NCBI GenBank assembly: GCA_964016885.1
Contig: OZ024740.1
Coordinates: 384,276,001-384,340,000 of the forward strand
DNA length: 64,000 nt
Direction: 5' to 3'
DNA from: Eledone cirrhosa
Lineage: Eukaryota
Shown: piece by piece, positions 11,401 to 24,752 of the stretch
Layout of the letters: each line of letters starts with the position of its first letter
Numbering within the stretch: position 1 is the first letter of the stretch
The notes under the pieces: model-generated
What the model was told of the DNA's origin: nothing
Database searches by the model: none
The model's input: only the letters and a program-made list of their open reading frames with translations
Translations under genes and position numbers: made by a program

Positions 11401-14400
11401 TGTTAACTCCCAAGAATGAAAAAAGTATTCCTTCGAATATGGTAAACAATGTCAACAAAACAAATCCTTCAGAAAAGAAACCATGGGCACAGCAGCGGCA
11501 CTACAAGACAATGGCTATTCTAACATCTCAACCAATTCGGAAGAGAACACATGTGTACACTGGCACACTAAAAAAAAATAGAAATACACAATATAAATAG
11601 AAGGAACATAAATATACAACGCAATCACCAACAGACAAGACGGACACGGGCGCAAGTGTGAATATATTCGGATCTTTACCACCTCATGCCTCTCTACTTA
11701 AGACTTTCATGAGATGAAAGAACCAAAATGTTACACACGGAGCCGAAGGTGAAGTTTGCAATATTTGATGAGAAATCGAAGATTAACTGCTCAATCTATT
11801 CCAGCCCAAGTGCTATGAATAATTTCCCCCTATGTCTGATGTCTCTCTTCTGCCGGAAGAAATTATCATTTGAAGGTAAAATCTGCAGAAACAGTAGCAC
11901 TATTTGCCATGCCTGCCCGAGATACATCAAGAACAACGACATCATTCTGCATGCATCGGCTCAATGACTGAGCATTGTTGATGTGAGGAGTTATATTAAA
12001 AACGTGTTGTCGTGAATTGAGCACTTGCAAGTATTCACAGGCAGCGCTCGTTTAACAGGAAATAGGAAGCGGTTTTCAATCATTTTGTGACTATGGTGAA
12101 TGCAGTTATATGGTGTGGAAGATATCAATGTAGACTGACATTTCTCTAGGGTCAAAACCTCATAAACTTTGCATTCGACTTGAAATAAGAGGTTAGGGAT
12201 TCGAGAATGTCGTGCACGTTTTGGCCTATTTTAAGAAAGGAGATGAAAACACGACAGGGGAGAGGTGTTAGTGAGATACGTTTGATTGGAGTTTGTTCTT
12301 TTATTTGAGTGAGTCGTGGATCAAATAAAGGACAGATCTGGTCATATTAGTTGTCAGGGTAATGCTCGATCTCTGCGGCTTTGTTATTGTATCTATGTGG
12401 ATGTAATCTTACTGTGACGTCTCATTTCATGTCTTGTTTATGCATGTTTACCTTTCTCTCTTTTTCGTTATTTGAAATATTATTTCACAAACCTCTCCTG
12501 ATTAGAGGAGGCACAGTTATTCACTTGCTCTAATTATATACATTGTTTTAATATCTCAACAAGTTTGTCATTTGAAGTAGAAGCAATAGTTCGAAGTGAT
12601 AATGCTAAAGTTTTCGTTTATTTTAAACGTTACTTGGATAGGCAAAACATTCCTTCTTCCTAAGCGGGATATAAAAATAAATATTTAGGTGTCAATTCTA
12701 ACACCTGTAATACGATAAGGAAGATAAGGGTATCGCTATGAAGACAACTCCCAAAATCGAACAAAACGCCGAAAAGAATCGGAGGAAAACATAGATAATA
12801 ATTGTAATAACAACAAAATTAGGAAGGAAAATAAAGCAGTGGAAGGTGAAAAAGTAAAACTATTAATATCGAAAAGACTAACAGTAAACAGGTTGAGGAT
12901 GGTGAAGGAAAGAAGTGGTAACAGCATTATGAGCAGCAAGAAAACAAAACGAACCGACAACATGAGTAACAATGACAAAAATAATAAGAAGAGAAGAAAA
13001 CAACATATCTACAAGAATAACGGGATCAAGTGTAACACTGAGAAATATTTCACATTTGGAATAACGACTTGCACCGGGAATTAATATTTGTTTCAATTCA
13101 GTAAGGAGCATATAAGGGCGAATGAAGTTTTATAAAAAAAAGATATTTCCAATGGATGGGATAAATCTTTGAGAAACATAAGCACCTATAGAGACACAAA
13201 ACAAACGATTTGGGACACTACCTGAATCGTTTGTAGTATGTTTTCTGCTACCACGAGAAAGATTCAGGGGAAGCTATCTTCCGCAGTTAGGATGAATTGA
13301 AAAGCCATTCAGACATCCCATGTGTCACGATGTAAACATCTCAGATGGTTGTTTCACAGATGGTTGTTTCAGATGGTTGTAAATCAATGGCTACAAAACA
13401 GAATGCCAGAATAACAAATCCACAACAGAAGGTAAAACAACACCAACATAATCAACAGTACAAATGTAAAAGGAAAATAAAGTAGCTTTATATAGAATTG
13501 TTTTTGTTTCTCTTTAAAAATATTTCCAAGGAACAATCCCCCCCCCCCCATCACGAATGTTATAAATTACAAGACGTAAAATAAAAATAATTAGTATTAA
13601 TGGGAATAGACATAAAATGCATGTCTTCGCCCAGGAAACTACTTTGCACACTGGCAAAGTTCCAAAGTTTTATTTGTTTAAAATTAAACCACCATCTTTT
13701 GTAGGGAATATTTAGCCTACTCTAGGAAGAACACTGTTCTATCTTCTATGAGGGCCTATAGTTTATATTCATCGATGCCACAATCGCAAAAATGTTGTTT
13801 CCTAAATCAGAAAGAAAAAGGCAACATTTAATAATTGAAAATAATTGAAAACATGCAAAGCACTAATATTTTTTTAAAAATACTATAGACACATAGATAT
13901 ATCGACACAAATATTATAGACACATAGATATATAGATATTTGTTTTGCAAGGTTTTTGATATGAAATCGTGTGTCGAGACAAATATTGTTATACTTGGGG
14001 AGGGTCATATTGTTGTAATAATATTGCCAGAAGTAATAACAGAATACACTCACTGTTTGGTTGGTTTTCGCTTCTGTATCTTTTATATATCCATAGTTAA
14101 TTTATTTGGCAATCAATGTTTATCATTGATTGACCAACGGTTAAAAATACAGATATAAATATACAATATATTAATAAATAGAAACTATATTTATAAAACC
14201 ATAATTATTTTATTATATATATTTCAAGGGCAACCAAGGCAGACTTGGTGCGCTTTAATCAGATAAATTACAAACTTTGTTTTATAAATAGTGACATCAC
14301 TATAAATATTGTTTCCATTTATTAATATATTGAATATTTACTCCAGCAACTGTTGAGTGCTATATATCAGTTATACACTTTTAAGTTTGTTGGAATCCCA

Positions 14401-14909
14401 ACAAATTAAATATAACTTCTGCAGATATAAATATATATATAGTCTAACAAAGTTCTTTCGCTGCACATCTGCAACATCATCAGTGGTACTATTATCATGT
14501 TCCCTCCTATTGTATTGTAATGTTTACGCCATTTTTATTTTATTTATTTATTTATTTTTGTCTCCGTCTCTGCGCATGCGTTTGCGTTTAGTTTGCGTTC
14601 GTGTTTGAGTGTGTGTGTTTTGGTTTTTGTATTCTATCTTTGTTTACTAGTGTGTGTTTATATGTATTTGGTGTCATTGAACTTGTGTATTTATTTATTT
14701 ATTTATCTATTTATTTATTTATATTTCCCTTAAGTCAGTATTGTTTATTTGGGGATGGTTGTTGTTATTCCATTCGTTTTTTCTGTTTAACTTTGGGTTT
14801 CTTAGCTCTATTTCACTTGTTTCATGATTTGCCTGCCTGTTGGGTCATTTTTATTATTTTAATTTCTATACTGTCTATATTACCGTCATGTCTTTGTCTG
14901 GCGCGTTCA

Positions 14910-15075
14910 TATAGTACTGAACTGTTTTTTGTTCTTTTTTTAGTCGTATAGTACTGAACCGTTTTTTTGTCCTTTTTTGTCGTATAGTACTGAACCGTTT
15001 TTTGTCCTTTTTTTGTCGTATAGTACTGAACCGTTTTTTGTCCTTTTTTTGTCGTATAGTACTGAACCATTTTTT
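14910..15075. repeat. About 36-bp minisatellite (about 4.5 copies)
   Basis: tagtactgaaccgttttttgtcctttttttgtcgta is repeated in tandem. Confidence 0.9.
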
Positions 15076-15097
15076 CTCCTAAATCATATTCTAAGTC

Positions 15098-15850
15098 ATG
15101 TTCATTAGTACTCTCTTGAGTACTAATGAACATTATTTAGAATATAGCACAATGGAAAGCATCCATCAGATAGCTAACTCCATACACCAGAGTATAACTG
15201 TAAGTGATGACTACCCTTCCAAACATCCTAACAATAGGCTACCTGTATTAGACACGGAACTCTGGATTAACACTATAGACGAGAGGGCCCAACTTCTCCA
15301 CTCACACTATGCTAAACCCATGGCCGCCAAATACCTGATACTCAAGCAATGTCCAGTAGTGTTTAGTTTAATATTCTGATCGCAGACTTGGTACGAGTGA
15401 TGAAGTAAGTGTCCCGCATGTTTGATCCAACTGAAATGGAAAGACACATCCAACACATCATCAGCCGCAAGAAAGTTATCTGGCTACAACAAAAGAGACA
15501 GAATCAGAGTACACAAAGGAGCCACGGAGAAGTATAAGACCCTCATAGAACTGGACATGAAAGGAATTTGCCCATTATACAGGAGCAAATCATGGAATAG
15601 CTTAGATAGACAAAGATAAACAAAGACATGAGAGTAATATAGACAACATAGAAATTAAAATAATATCTAAACATAGAAATGACCCAACAGGCAGGCAAAT
15701 CAGGGAAGCAAGTGAAATAGAGCTAGAAAACCAAAGTTAAACAGGAAAAACGATGGAATAACAACATAAGCGAAAACCAACCGAACTGAGTGTGTTCTGT
15801 TATTATTTCTGGCAATATTATTACAACAATATGACCCTCCCCAAGTATAA
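15098..15850 (+). mobile_element. Degenerate Penelope-like element remnant (RT thumb and GIY-YIG C-terminus) with an inverted copy of its 3' end at 13989-14073
   Basis: IANSIHQSITVSDDYPS..RLPVLDTELW..HYAKPMA and HRNDPTGRQIREASEI..LNRKN resemble PLE motifs. 15768-15850 is the reverse complement of 13989-14073. Confidence 0.6.
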
Positions 15851-15999
15851 AGATGTAGAGATAGACATGTAATTTAAGTCTCTATGAGGAAATGTGGATA
15901 TTTACATGACTCAGCAGGTGGAGGAAAGACTCCTGTTTTACCGTTCCGAATATTTAATTTCAATGTTAATCCAATGTTTAGTTTTGCCTTATTTAACAT

Positions 16000-17300
16000 A
16001 GACACAAGGCCTCAAATATAGTGGAAGAGTGTAGTCGATTAAATATGCTTGAGTACTTTACACGTACTTTATTTTTCTACAATGCAAGGATGAAAATGCA
16101 ATGAGAATGTGAATACATGACTGAATAAAAATCATTAATCCAGCAATTTGTGGAAGGCCGAAGTCAATGATATCGTGTTCAGTACTTTAAGATTACTTTA
16201 TGTTTTCGACCCTAGACGGATAAAAGGGATGTTCAACATTACCGGTATTTAAACTCAGAAAGTAAAAGGCCTTAAACAAATATCGAAAGGCTTTTGTCCA
16301 ATGCGCTAAGGATTCTGCAAACCCACTGCAGTTCCGTAACTAAGTAATGTTTTTTTTATTTTATTTAGGCACAACGCCAACTGTTTTAGAGGAGGGGAAA
16401 GACGATAACATCGATCCCAGTGCGTTACTGGTATATTATTTTATCTACTCCGTAATGATGAATCTAATCTAATGTAATCGGGCCGAGTTTAAACTCGCAG
16501 GTAAGAATAACCAGGGCCGCCCTTAGGAGCATTGGATTTGTTTCGGTTGCTGAATACGATCAGTAGTCGCTGCTGCTCCTGAGGGTCAATAATTTTCATC
16601 TAACTCGAACCGGAGCACCTTTCCAAAGTCAATTTGCATTGATCATCTGCAAAGGCGCGTTGTTCTCAGAGCCACTACACCAGTCTTTCGATACGTGCAT
16701 CTGTAACTACTGCCACCCATTGATTTGGCGGGATTTCCTTTTTTTAGATGGGCGTTGACTCTTATGAGTTCTTCCGCCCTTTGCCAGGTTTTGTTTTTTG
16801 TCCTGCAGGGTGTCCAAAATCCCCCTACTCACCAAGTAAACTTGGTGGGATTGCCGGTTTAGTCGCCAACGATTCGACCATGCGACAGGTTGTACGGGGT
16901 TACATGCTACCAGTAGCATTCAAGAGTGACCCGACGTAATGATGAAAAGCAAAAAAGTAACATCGGTGGTATTTGATCTGAGAACGTAAAGGGCCGTAAA
17001 TATATGCTGCAAAGCATTTTGTCCGATGCACTAAAGATTCTGCCAACCCACCTCACATCCGAAACTAAATTATGATTTATAATGGAGGCACCATACCAAC
17101 AATTTTGAGGTATGGGAAAGTCGATTATATCGACCCCAGTGTGTTAGTAATACTTTATTTTCTCGACCCCGTTAGGATGAAAGTAAAAGCTAACTTCAGT
17201 TGATTTTGAATTCAAAAAGTAAAGAGCCATACCTACATGCCGTAAAGCATGTTTGACCGATGCTCTAAAGATTCTGCCAACCCATTTCACTTCCGTAATG
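16000..17300 (-). mobile_element. Cluster of about 4 older, diverged SINE copies in the same orientation
   Basis: Recurrent cacaaggcc / tactttatttt.tcgaccc / ggatgaaa / gaactcagaa / gattctgccaaccc motifs start near 16002, 16365 and 17085, with a further partial copy near 16150. Confidence 0.65.
16463..16934 (-). mobile_element. Short non-coding retroelement with an RTE-type 5' leader, inserted into a SINE
   Basis: Perfect 12-bp TSD cgtaatgatgaa at 16451-16462 and 16935-16946, with a (TTAGA)n-like tail. 16745-16934 is homologous to 60277-60466. Confidence 0.75.
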
Positions 17301-17896
17301 CAGCTATATCGCCTGTTGCTTTAACGATTCTGCTGTCTTAACATTGAGTACGAAAATGTTCTTCCTGTATAATAAAAATAATTAAAAATACCAAAACAAA
17401 TTTTCTTGGTATTGAAATTTCTTTCATCTCCTGTCACATCAACAATCCTGACTACCTGTATTTTACTGAAATGACCCCCTACTGACACAGAAATCCCAAG
17501 TCGCTTTAGAAATCTAGTTTTTGTATTGTCTGCTTGTCTAAAACTTTCTCACACTTTATTTTTCTCTTACACTTTATCACTCCCTTTGTTTACCATATGT
17601 CCCTCTTCACCTCTCTTTTAATAATGCTTTCTCTTTCTCTCTCTGTCACTCACTCTCAATACTTTTCTATTTTACTCCGAACAGCACATTACTATTATAA
17701 ACACCATCACCAATACGGACACAGCTCGTCTCTTCATAACACGCCAACATCCATTAATGTTGCAATCATCAACTTTATCACCATCATTATCAATTCAGAG
17801 ATACAGACTTTTCTATAAAACCTCGATGAAAATGTTCTAAACAAAAAAACTAGTCAATTACGTCCATCATTAATTTTTGTGTATTATATATGTGAC

Positions 17897-18088
17897 AGGG
17901 CGGTGGATTGGCAGTATCGGTAGAGAGTCGGACACCATGCTTTGAAGCATAGAGTTACGTCCCTTTATGATCTGAGTTCAAATCCCTCCGAGGTTAACTT
18001 TGCCTTTCATCCTTACGGGGTCGATAAAATAAAGTAACAGTAATGTACTGGGTAATTGCTGGCCTTGTGCCAAAAATAGAAACAATTA
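17897..18088 (+). mobile_element. tRNA-derived SINE, full length (core resembles the MetaSINE domain as I recall it)
   Basis: A box TGGCAGTATCGG (17909-17920), B box GAGTTCAAATCCC (from 17974), conserved core and AATTAT tail. Confidence 0.85.
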
Positions 18089-18649
18089 TATACGTGTGTG
18101 TTTATGTATGTGTGTGCGCACCCACTCGTGGAAACAGTTTGGAAGCATATTGGATCGTCTGTACCTGTACTTTGAAGGGCCAGCTTTGTCAAGCATTGTG
18201 CAAAATTGGATCTCCTTGCGAATTAGATGCAGCTTAGACAGGACATTGAAACACTCAGACAGTTACACGTTCTGGGGATTGAAGAAATGGAACACTGCTC
18301 ATGGAAGCCCATGGAGGCTCATTTACTTACTTGATTTGGTCTTTTACTGCTGTATTGTATAAAAAGTATGTTTCAAGGTCAGCTGTGTTTCCGTTTCCAA
18401 ATTTACTTACAGAAAGTTTTCTATTCAATGATGGTGATTATTAAGACATCCCTAATCATTTTGATAACCGTAAAAATGAAACGTAAACATTTGTTTATTT
18501 AAAAAATAATTAATATTCCAGAGCTGTTCATTTAAAAGCCGCTATTATGTAAGAGTAAATACAAAAACGGATCTGTTATTGAAATATCAACATTTACCAA
18601 TAAGAAATTAGATCGTAAGAGCGTACACCACTTCACCAACCCTACAACA

Positions 18650-19735
18650 TATAAATTGCCTATACTCACTACGGAAAGAAAAAGCATCAGGTGCTCTTTG
18701 ATACTGAAATATGATAAGTATAGTTTGATAGTGAGGGATAACTGTTTCGGCAGAGGTGTTTGTGAAAAAATGTTTTAGTAAAAGACTGCTAATCCTGGGA
18801 AATTCAGCAGCTTTTGCAAAATATATAAAACAATTTCAGCTCAACTGATCCATGATTTAACAGGTGGAAAAGCCAAGAGAATATCGTGTATGAACGCATC
18901 CATAAAATGTGCAATATTTTTATCAGCTGTGGTGTCGATGAAGATAGCATAGCCAATAGTGTTGTTAAATATTCTCTCGTGGGTATTTACAATGCAGATG
19001 AAACAGGATTTTTTTCCTATGCAATATGTGTGCATATCTATTTACCAATTATTCAAACATTCACTAGAACGATTGACAGTTCTTTATTCCGCTAACATAA
19101 AAGGAAATTGGTAAACGTAGTGAAATATCAGCTGGATGTTTTAAAGGCGTAGATAGTATGCTCGTTCATTACTCATCTAATGTAAATAAACGGGTGACTA
19201 CAATCATTTTTTAATAAATGGTGATTTAAGTGAGATTCTCAATTAAAGCTCAAACATGGCTTGTTAGTGGTCGAATGTACGGCACATAGAAAAAAATTCT
19301 CTTAAAAAATATCAAAGTAAATTTCTTCCTTTTGACACTAGAACGGTAATTCGAACACAGACGTCAAGCTATCATTATAGAACAAAACAAATTGTAAGAG
19401 AACTTCAATCAAATTTGATTCTAATCAGAAACAATCCGATGCAAATGAAGAAGAGATTTTCCTTCATGATATATTATATATGGTTTGCAATCTTTTGGAG
19501 ACAACCGTCATATAAAACTATTCGAAATTGTTTCAAAAAGATGTATTTTTAAAAACAACCACATACATTCGTGTTTACAAAGAATTAGAACTCATTGCAA
19601 ATGAAATTCTTGTTAGTCTTCCGGAATGTACACAATAAAACAAATTTGGAAATTGGTTAGTTACAGATAAGAACATTGAAATAGAAAGTACAATAACTGT
19701 GTCGGAAATATGTCAAGCTGTTACCGACATAGAAT
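18650..19735 (+). pseudogene. Degenerate Tigger/pogo (CENP-B-like, DDE_1) transposase remnant
   Basis: IYNADETGFF at about 18985-19015 is the pogo/Tigger first-Asp motif. The flanking sequence is stop-ridden and I found no TIRs. Confidence 0.65.
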
Positions 19736-19788
19736 CTAAATTAGAATTGAATGAATTAAATCAAGAAGAATAGTTTCAGAACGTTCAG

Positions 19789-20070
<282 letters not shown>

Positions 20071-20419
20071 ATTGGGTAAAATAGCCATATTGACATGGCT
20101 TGCAACCACTACGAAGAATTGAACTTCGCATCTTACAATTATCGGCTGACTGTTCTATTTATTGAGATAAAAGACTTCTGATAACATTCCCCGTCCAAAT
20201 TTGAAAGATAATTCGTACAGGTTTTTAAATTAAACAACATTGTATGTAAAGCATCGAACTTTCGAAGCACTGATATCTTATGAAGTTTATAGAAAATGTT
20301 TGAAACTCAGACGTTGAAATAACTGTAAATATAGTCCTTTGCGATAAATAATAAGCCTCCGTAGAAGTATTTTACTTAATTTTCTAAGCTATTATTTATA
20401 AGAACTATAAATATACATG

Positions 20420-21712
20420 GTGTGACAGAGGGAATAATTGATTTTTTTGCAGTCTCATTTCTCTGATTCCGTGCTTGATGTTTGTGTTATTAAAAGGTTT
20501 GTCAACTGATCATGAGGTAGTTATTTGCAGCCTGAGACTAACTAAATTCAGGAACACTCACAAATCTGGCAAGAGCAGTTCGACGTACAGGATAAAGTGG
20601 ATCACGCTGGATAATGGGGAGGTCAGGATCAGGTATGCGGGTATTACTACATCGAATTTCAGATGACATGTTTAAACTTAAGACGTCAAAACGGAATGGA
20701 TACTGTTCACCTCGGCAATGTCTGCTACAACTCTTAAATAGTGTGACTGAAAGCGGTTCTGTGTGGTTCCGGGTATTATGAAGATACCGTGGTTGAATCA
20801 GGAAGTTCACGCTAGCATCCGAACAAAGAGTGATGCTTACATATCTTGTCTTGGAAATACAACTCACGTCTTCCTCAAGTGATAGACTCGCGCGTTTGTA
20901 GTAGAAACAGGGATATCAAATGCATCGAAGTTTTAAAAGTTGGGAGGATTTGCTGATTAAGCTAACTGTATATGAGTAAATATATTATTACAGCACTTGA
21001 CCCACCGACATTGCAATAAAATGTTCCTCACTATGCCACCTATCAGGAATTCGTCTGGGATTTTTCCTCTGAAGAAAGGTGTATCATCACGTGCGGGGGG
21101 GAATACTTTGCTGCCCTCCTAAATCCAGTCACAACACCAACTTTTGATTACATGAAATACATCTAAGGATGACGACTAAACTATTGGTGGTCATGGTCAA
21201 CAGAGCAATTAAAGCCCTCATATGTGGCAAGACCTCTAGATAGAATGAAATTCGGCTCGGGATGGTATAAGTCTTAAGTAAAAATGTATGCTCTGGTTGA
21301 CTCATATATGCTGGAAGGGCTGGATTATAGGAAAGGCACCAAAGAAATGGAAAGCTGAAGCAACAATCCCAATTTTCTGAATGGGAGACACAAGAGATAG
21401 GTCTAACTATAGAGGATTATCTTTGTTAAACCACTCGAGTAATATCTATGTTGAATGTCAGACAAAGGGATGTAAGGTTGGTGTAGAGTCCAAACTAGCT
21501 GACAAACAGCATGGTGTTTTCCCCGTACTAAGCACAGCCAACCAAATATATATTCTGTGGAAGGCTTTCAAGAAAAGGTGTGAGTATTGACAACAGGTGT
21601 ATGCTTGTTTCGTGGATTACGGAATAGCGTACGACCGCATTCCACGCTACCCGCTGTGGAAGGTTCTGAAAGAGTATGACATCGACTGGTTTGATTGAAG
21701 TCCCCATGTTTA
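20420..21712 (+). mobile_element. Old, degenerate RTE-clade LINE fragment
   Basis: STDHEVV (APE end), GDTRDRSNYRGLSLLN, STANQIYIL and ACFVDYGIAYDRIPRYPLWKVL (RT motifs), interrupted by many stops. Confidence 0.65.
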
Positions 21713-22719
21713 ACACTTTGTGTATGTAAAAAAAGAGAGTAAATAGTAATATAACATTGATTGTTCAGTTCCATTTTTTTGATGAAGCAATAATAATAGG
21801 CTGATCGTAAGTATGTGCACGGTAGTCACTTGGAAATTGGGAAAAGCATTACTTTCGGTGTGGCAGGCAATCGGGCATTGGGTACCGCGAACCATCCTAT
21901 ATATGTCCACTCCCATTCGGGTATCCATTTCTTGTTCATATTTCTAACAAATGAAAATCACTATAGAAATTTGATTGGAAAAACAATATCATCTTTTGCA
22001 CACATACCATTGAACAGAAGAATGCATGGAAATATTATATGACAAAATGGGTGGTGCTCTGCCCTAATCTGTTACATCTCTGCGCCCTTCAGAGAACAGT
22101 TAGATACAGCCATCGCTGAGAAGAAAAAGATTTCCTGCATAGCAGACGATAGAGCGTATAACTCTGTATCTATATTTTTTTTTATTTAATGAGAGTAGAT
22201 GAGTTCAATTCGAATCTCAATTTATTAATTCCACAGTATCTCGGACGGAGACGGCTTTCATTTCTTGAATCCTGTTCATTCCTGTAGTACACTGTTGACA
22301 GCTGACATTTACTAATATAGTTTTGTGATATACAAACACCTATGAAATTATTCATAAGTTGAGACTTAGATGCTGTGAGAAATGCGTTATGCATAATTGT
22401 TCAAGACAGAAAGCTCAACTGTTGCACATAATGCAGTAAATTTCATTTAAGGGCACTCTAGGCAGAAGAGCTTGTGAATCTAAAAGAAAAAAAACGAATT
22501 TCATAAATGCTTACATTCCTAAGCGTCAAACGAGAACACCTTACTTTCAGATTTGGTAACAAACCTGAAAGATTTGAGACACCTTCAACCAGCTATAGCC
22601 AACAGCAGCACCCATTTATTTTATGTATGGGTGCATATTTGCGTTTGTATATATATTCTCAGCCGATTTACGTAACTCTCAAGACTTTCAGTTGTTATAG
22701 CTACTGTACCCATATTTAT

Positions 22720-24752
22720 TTGTTCGTATTTGTAGGATTCATGGAAGAAGTGTCATGGGTGTAGTGAATTCACAAGCGGTCCCCCCAAAACCCGCATGTA
22801 TATCTCGAACGTCCTGTTTGCCGCAGATTCTGCACAGACGCAGGGACAGAAACGACCCAAAGCCGCCGATTGCCGGAACAGACGCCTCTTGAATTTTCAC
22901 CAGAGCCCCTTTTGCCGGGTTGCGGCCCTAATACCGCTGGATGCCAGACCAATCCGTTTTGGGTGGCCATACCAGGAACGAAGTTCCCGAAGGCATAGCT
23001 CTGTCACTACCCATTGCCACCGCCCTGCCACGTTGCGGAGGGGTTGGACTTTATGATGGTGGGACCATTTATCGAAGCTGCTCAACCACCCGCCACCACC
23101 AACGCCAACCTACGTGCAGCCTTCCGGAGTGCACCACTGCCCCTCCAACGGTCGAGGAGGTAGTTTTGTCCTGACACATCTCCGGAACAACAAGGCGCCA
23201 GGCGAAGATGGCGTTCCAGCTGAGGTCTACAAACCGAGCCTGATGTCTTCGCAGCTTGGTTCCATCGAGTCTTCTCCTCGGTATGGGCGACGGAGCGGTT
23301 TCCTGGTGACTGGAGCGAGGTAACTCTCCTACCCTTCTTCAAAAAAGGCGACAGGAAACTGTGTTCCAACTACAGGAGTATCAGTTTAATTGACGTTACT
23401 GCCAAAACCTTCGCAATTCTTCTGCTGAAGAGGTTCCAGGCTGTCCCTGCTGTCCGTACCCGTCCTTCTCAGGGCGGCTTCCGTCCGAGAAGGGGGTGCG
23501 TTGATCAAATCTTCAATCTCCGGCGTCTCCTGGAACAACGGTGGGCGCATCAGCAGCCTACCGTCCTCTGCTTCATCGACTTTGCAGCGGCATTCGACTC
23601 GGTAGATCAGGAGGCCCTATGGTGTATAATATAGACGGACGGCATCACAGTGAAGCTGCTTCGTCTCATACAAGGATACTACCTGTCGACTCGGGCTCGA
23701 GCAGCGTCTATGGTGGGGAGACGGAGTCGTTCGATGTTGGGACCATGTTCGGCAGGGGTGTGCGCTATCGCCAACTATCTTTAACTACGCCATTGACTAC
23801 ACTCTCAACACAGCGCTCTGAGATTACCGGGCGTAGAGGTCGGGAGAGGAGTCGTGGTGACGGACCCGGCCTACTCGGATGACATCGTTCTGATGGGCGC
23901 TAACGGGACAGATGTACAAGGTGCTCTCGAAAGGGTGCACACTGCAGTCGCCGCTGTTGGTCTACGAATCAATGCCGCCAAGTCGAAAGTCATGACGTCA
24001 CTGATCTCGCCTGATGCCTGGCAGCCAATATCTCTCGACGGGGTGGACCTGGGGGATGTGGAGTCCTTCGTTTACCTGGGCTCAACAGTGGTTCCAACGG
24101 GAGAGGGCGCAGCCGAGGTTAAACGTCGCATAGTTGCTGCCAGATCCACTTTTGGGCGCCTCCAGCGATGTATGTGGGACAGAAGCTAGATCACCTCGGC
24201 GACCAAAGGGCGAATCTACCAGGCCGTCATTCGCACTATACTCCTCTATGGCTGTGAAACATGGCCTATGAGGGTAGTCGATCAACGAGGGCTGGGGGTC
24301 TTCGACAATAACTGTTTCCGCCGCATTCTTCGCTGCCGAGGCGTTGATTGGGTACCTAGCACCAGTCTTCGTCTTCGCCTGAATCTTCGACCCCTTCCTT
24401 CAGTGCTTCTGCAACGGCACTTGACATGGTTTGGTCACGCAGCCCGGCGCCCTGAGGGTGAACTGATCCGCGATGTTCTCCTCCCACATCCACTCCCTAA
24501 CTGGCGCAAGCGCCTTGGCGGGCAGCTGAAGACCTGGGCAACGACGATCAAGGAGGACCTCTCCGAACTCTCAGGTCCGCAGGTTGTCAGCCTGCGCCGA
24601 TGGAACCGTGACTGGCTCGCTATTTCCAGTGACCTAGCCCGGGACCGTCGTGCGTGGGCTGCCATGGTTCGGGATGCCGTCAGAACAAGGGAAGAAGCCG
24701 GCTCAACCCGTCCAGGGTGACTGTTGACACAAGTACAAGTACAAGTAAGTAA
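22720..24752 (+). mobile_element. RTE-clade LINE with both ends but lacking the endonuclease region
   Basis: RT motifs KAPGEDG, KKGDRKLCSNYRSISL, FIDFAAAFDSV, AYSDD, FVYLG, LLYGCETW and WFGHAAR, with a (CAAGTA)n tail. A 14-bp TSD gtacc(c/t)atatttat lies at 22706-22719 and 24753-24766. Confidence 0.9.

Noticed and set aside
12736-13111. Lys/Asn-rich short ORFs
   Set aside because: Low complexity with no diagnostic motif; at most a decayed LINE ORF1.
17897-17995. tRNA gene
   Set aside because: A and B boxes are present, but I see no clean cloverleaf, and the sequence continues into a repeated SINE core and tail.
22920-23045. Twister or HDV-like ribozyme in the RTE 5' UTR
   Set aside because: I could not fit the required pseudoknots by eye.
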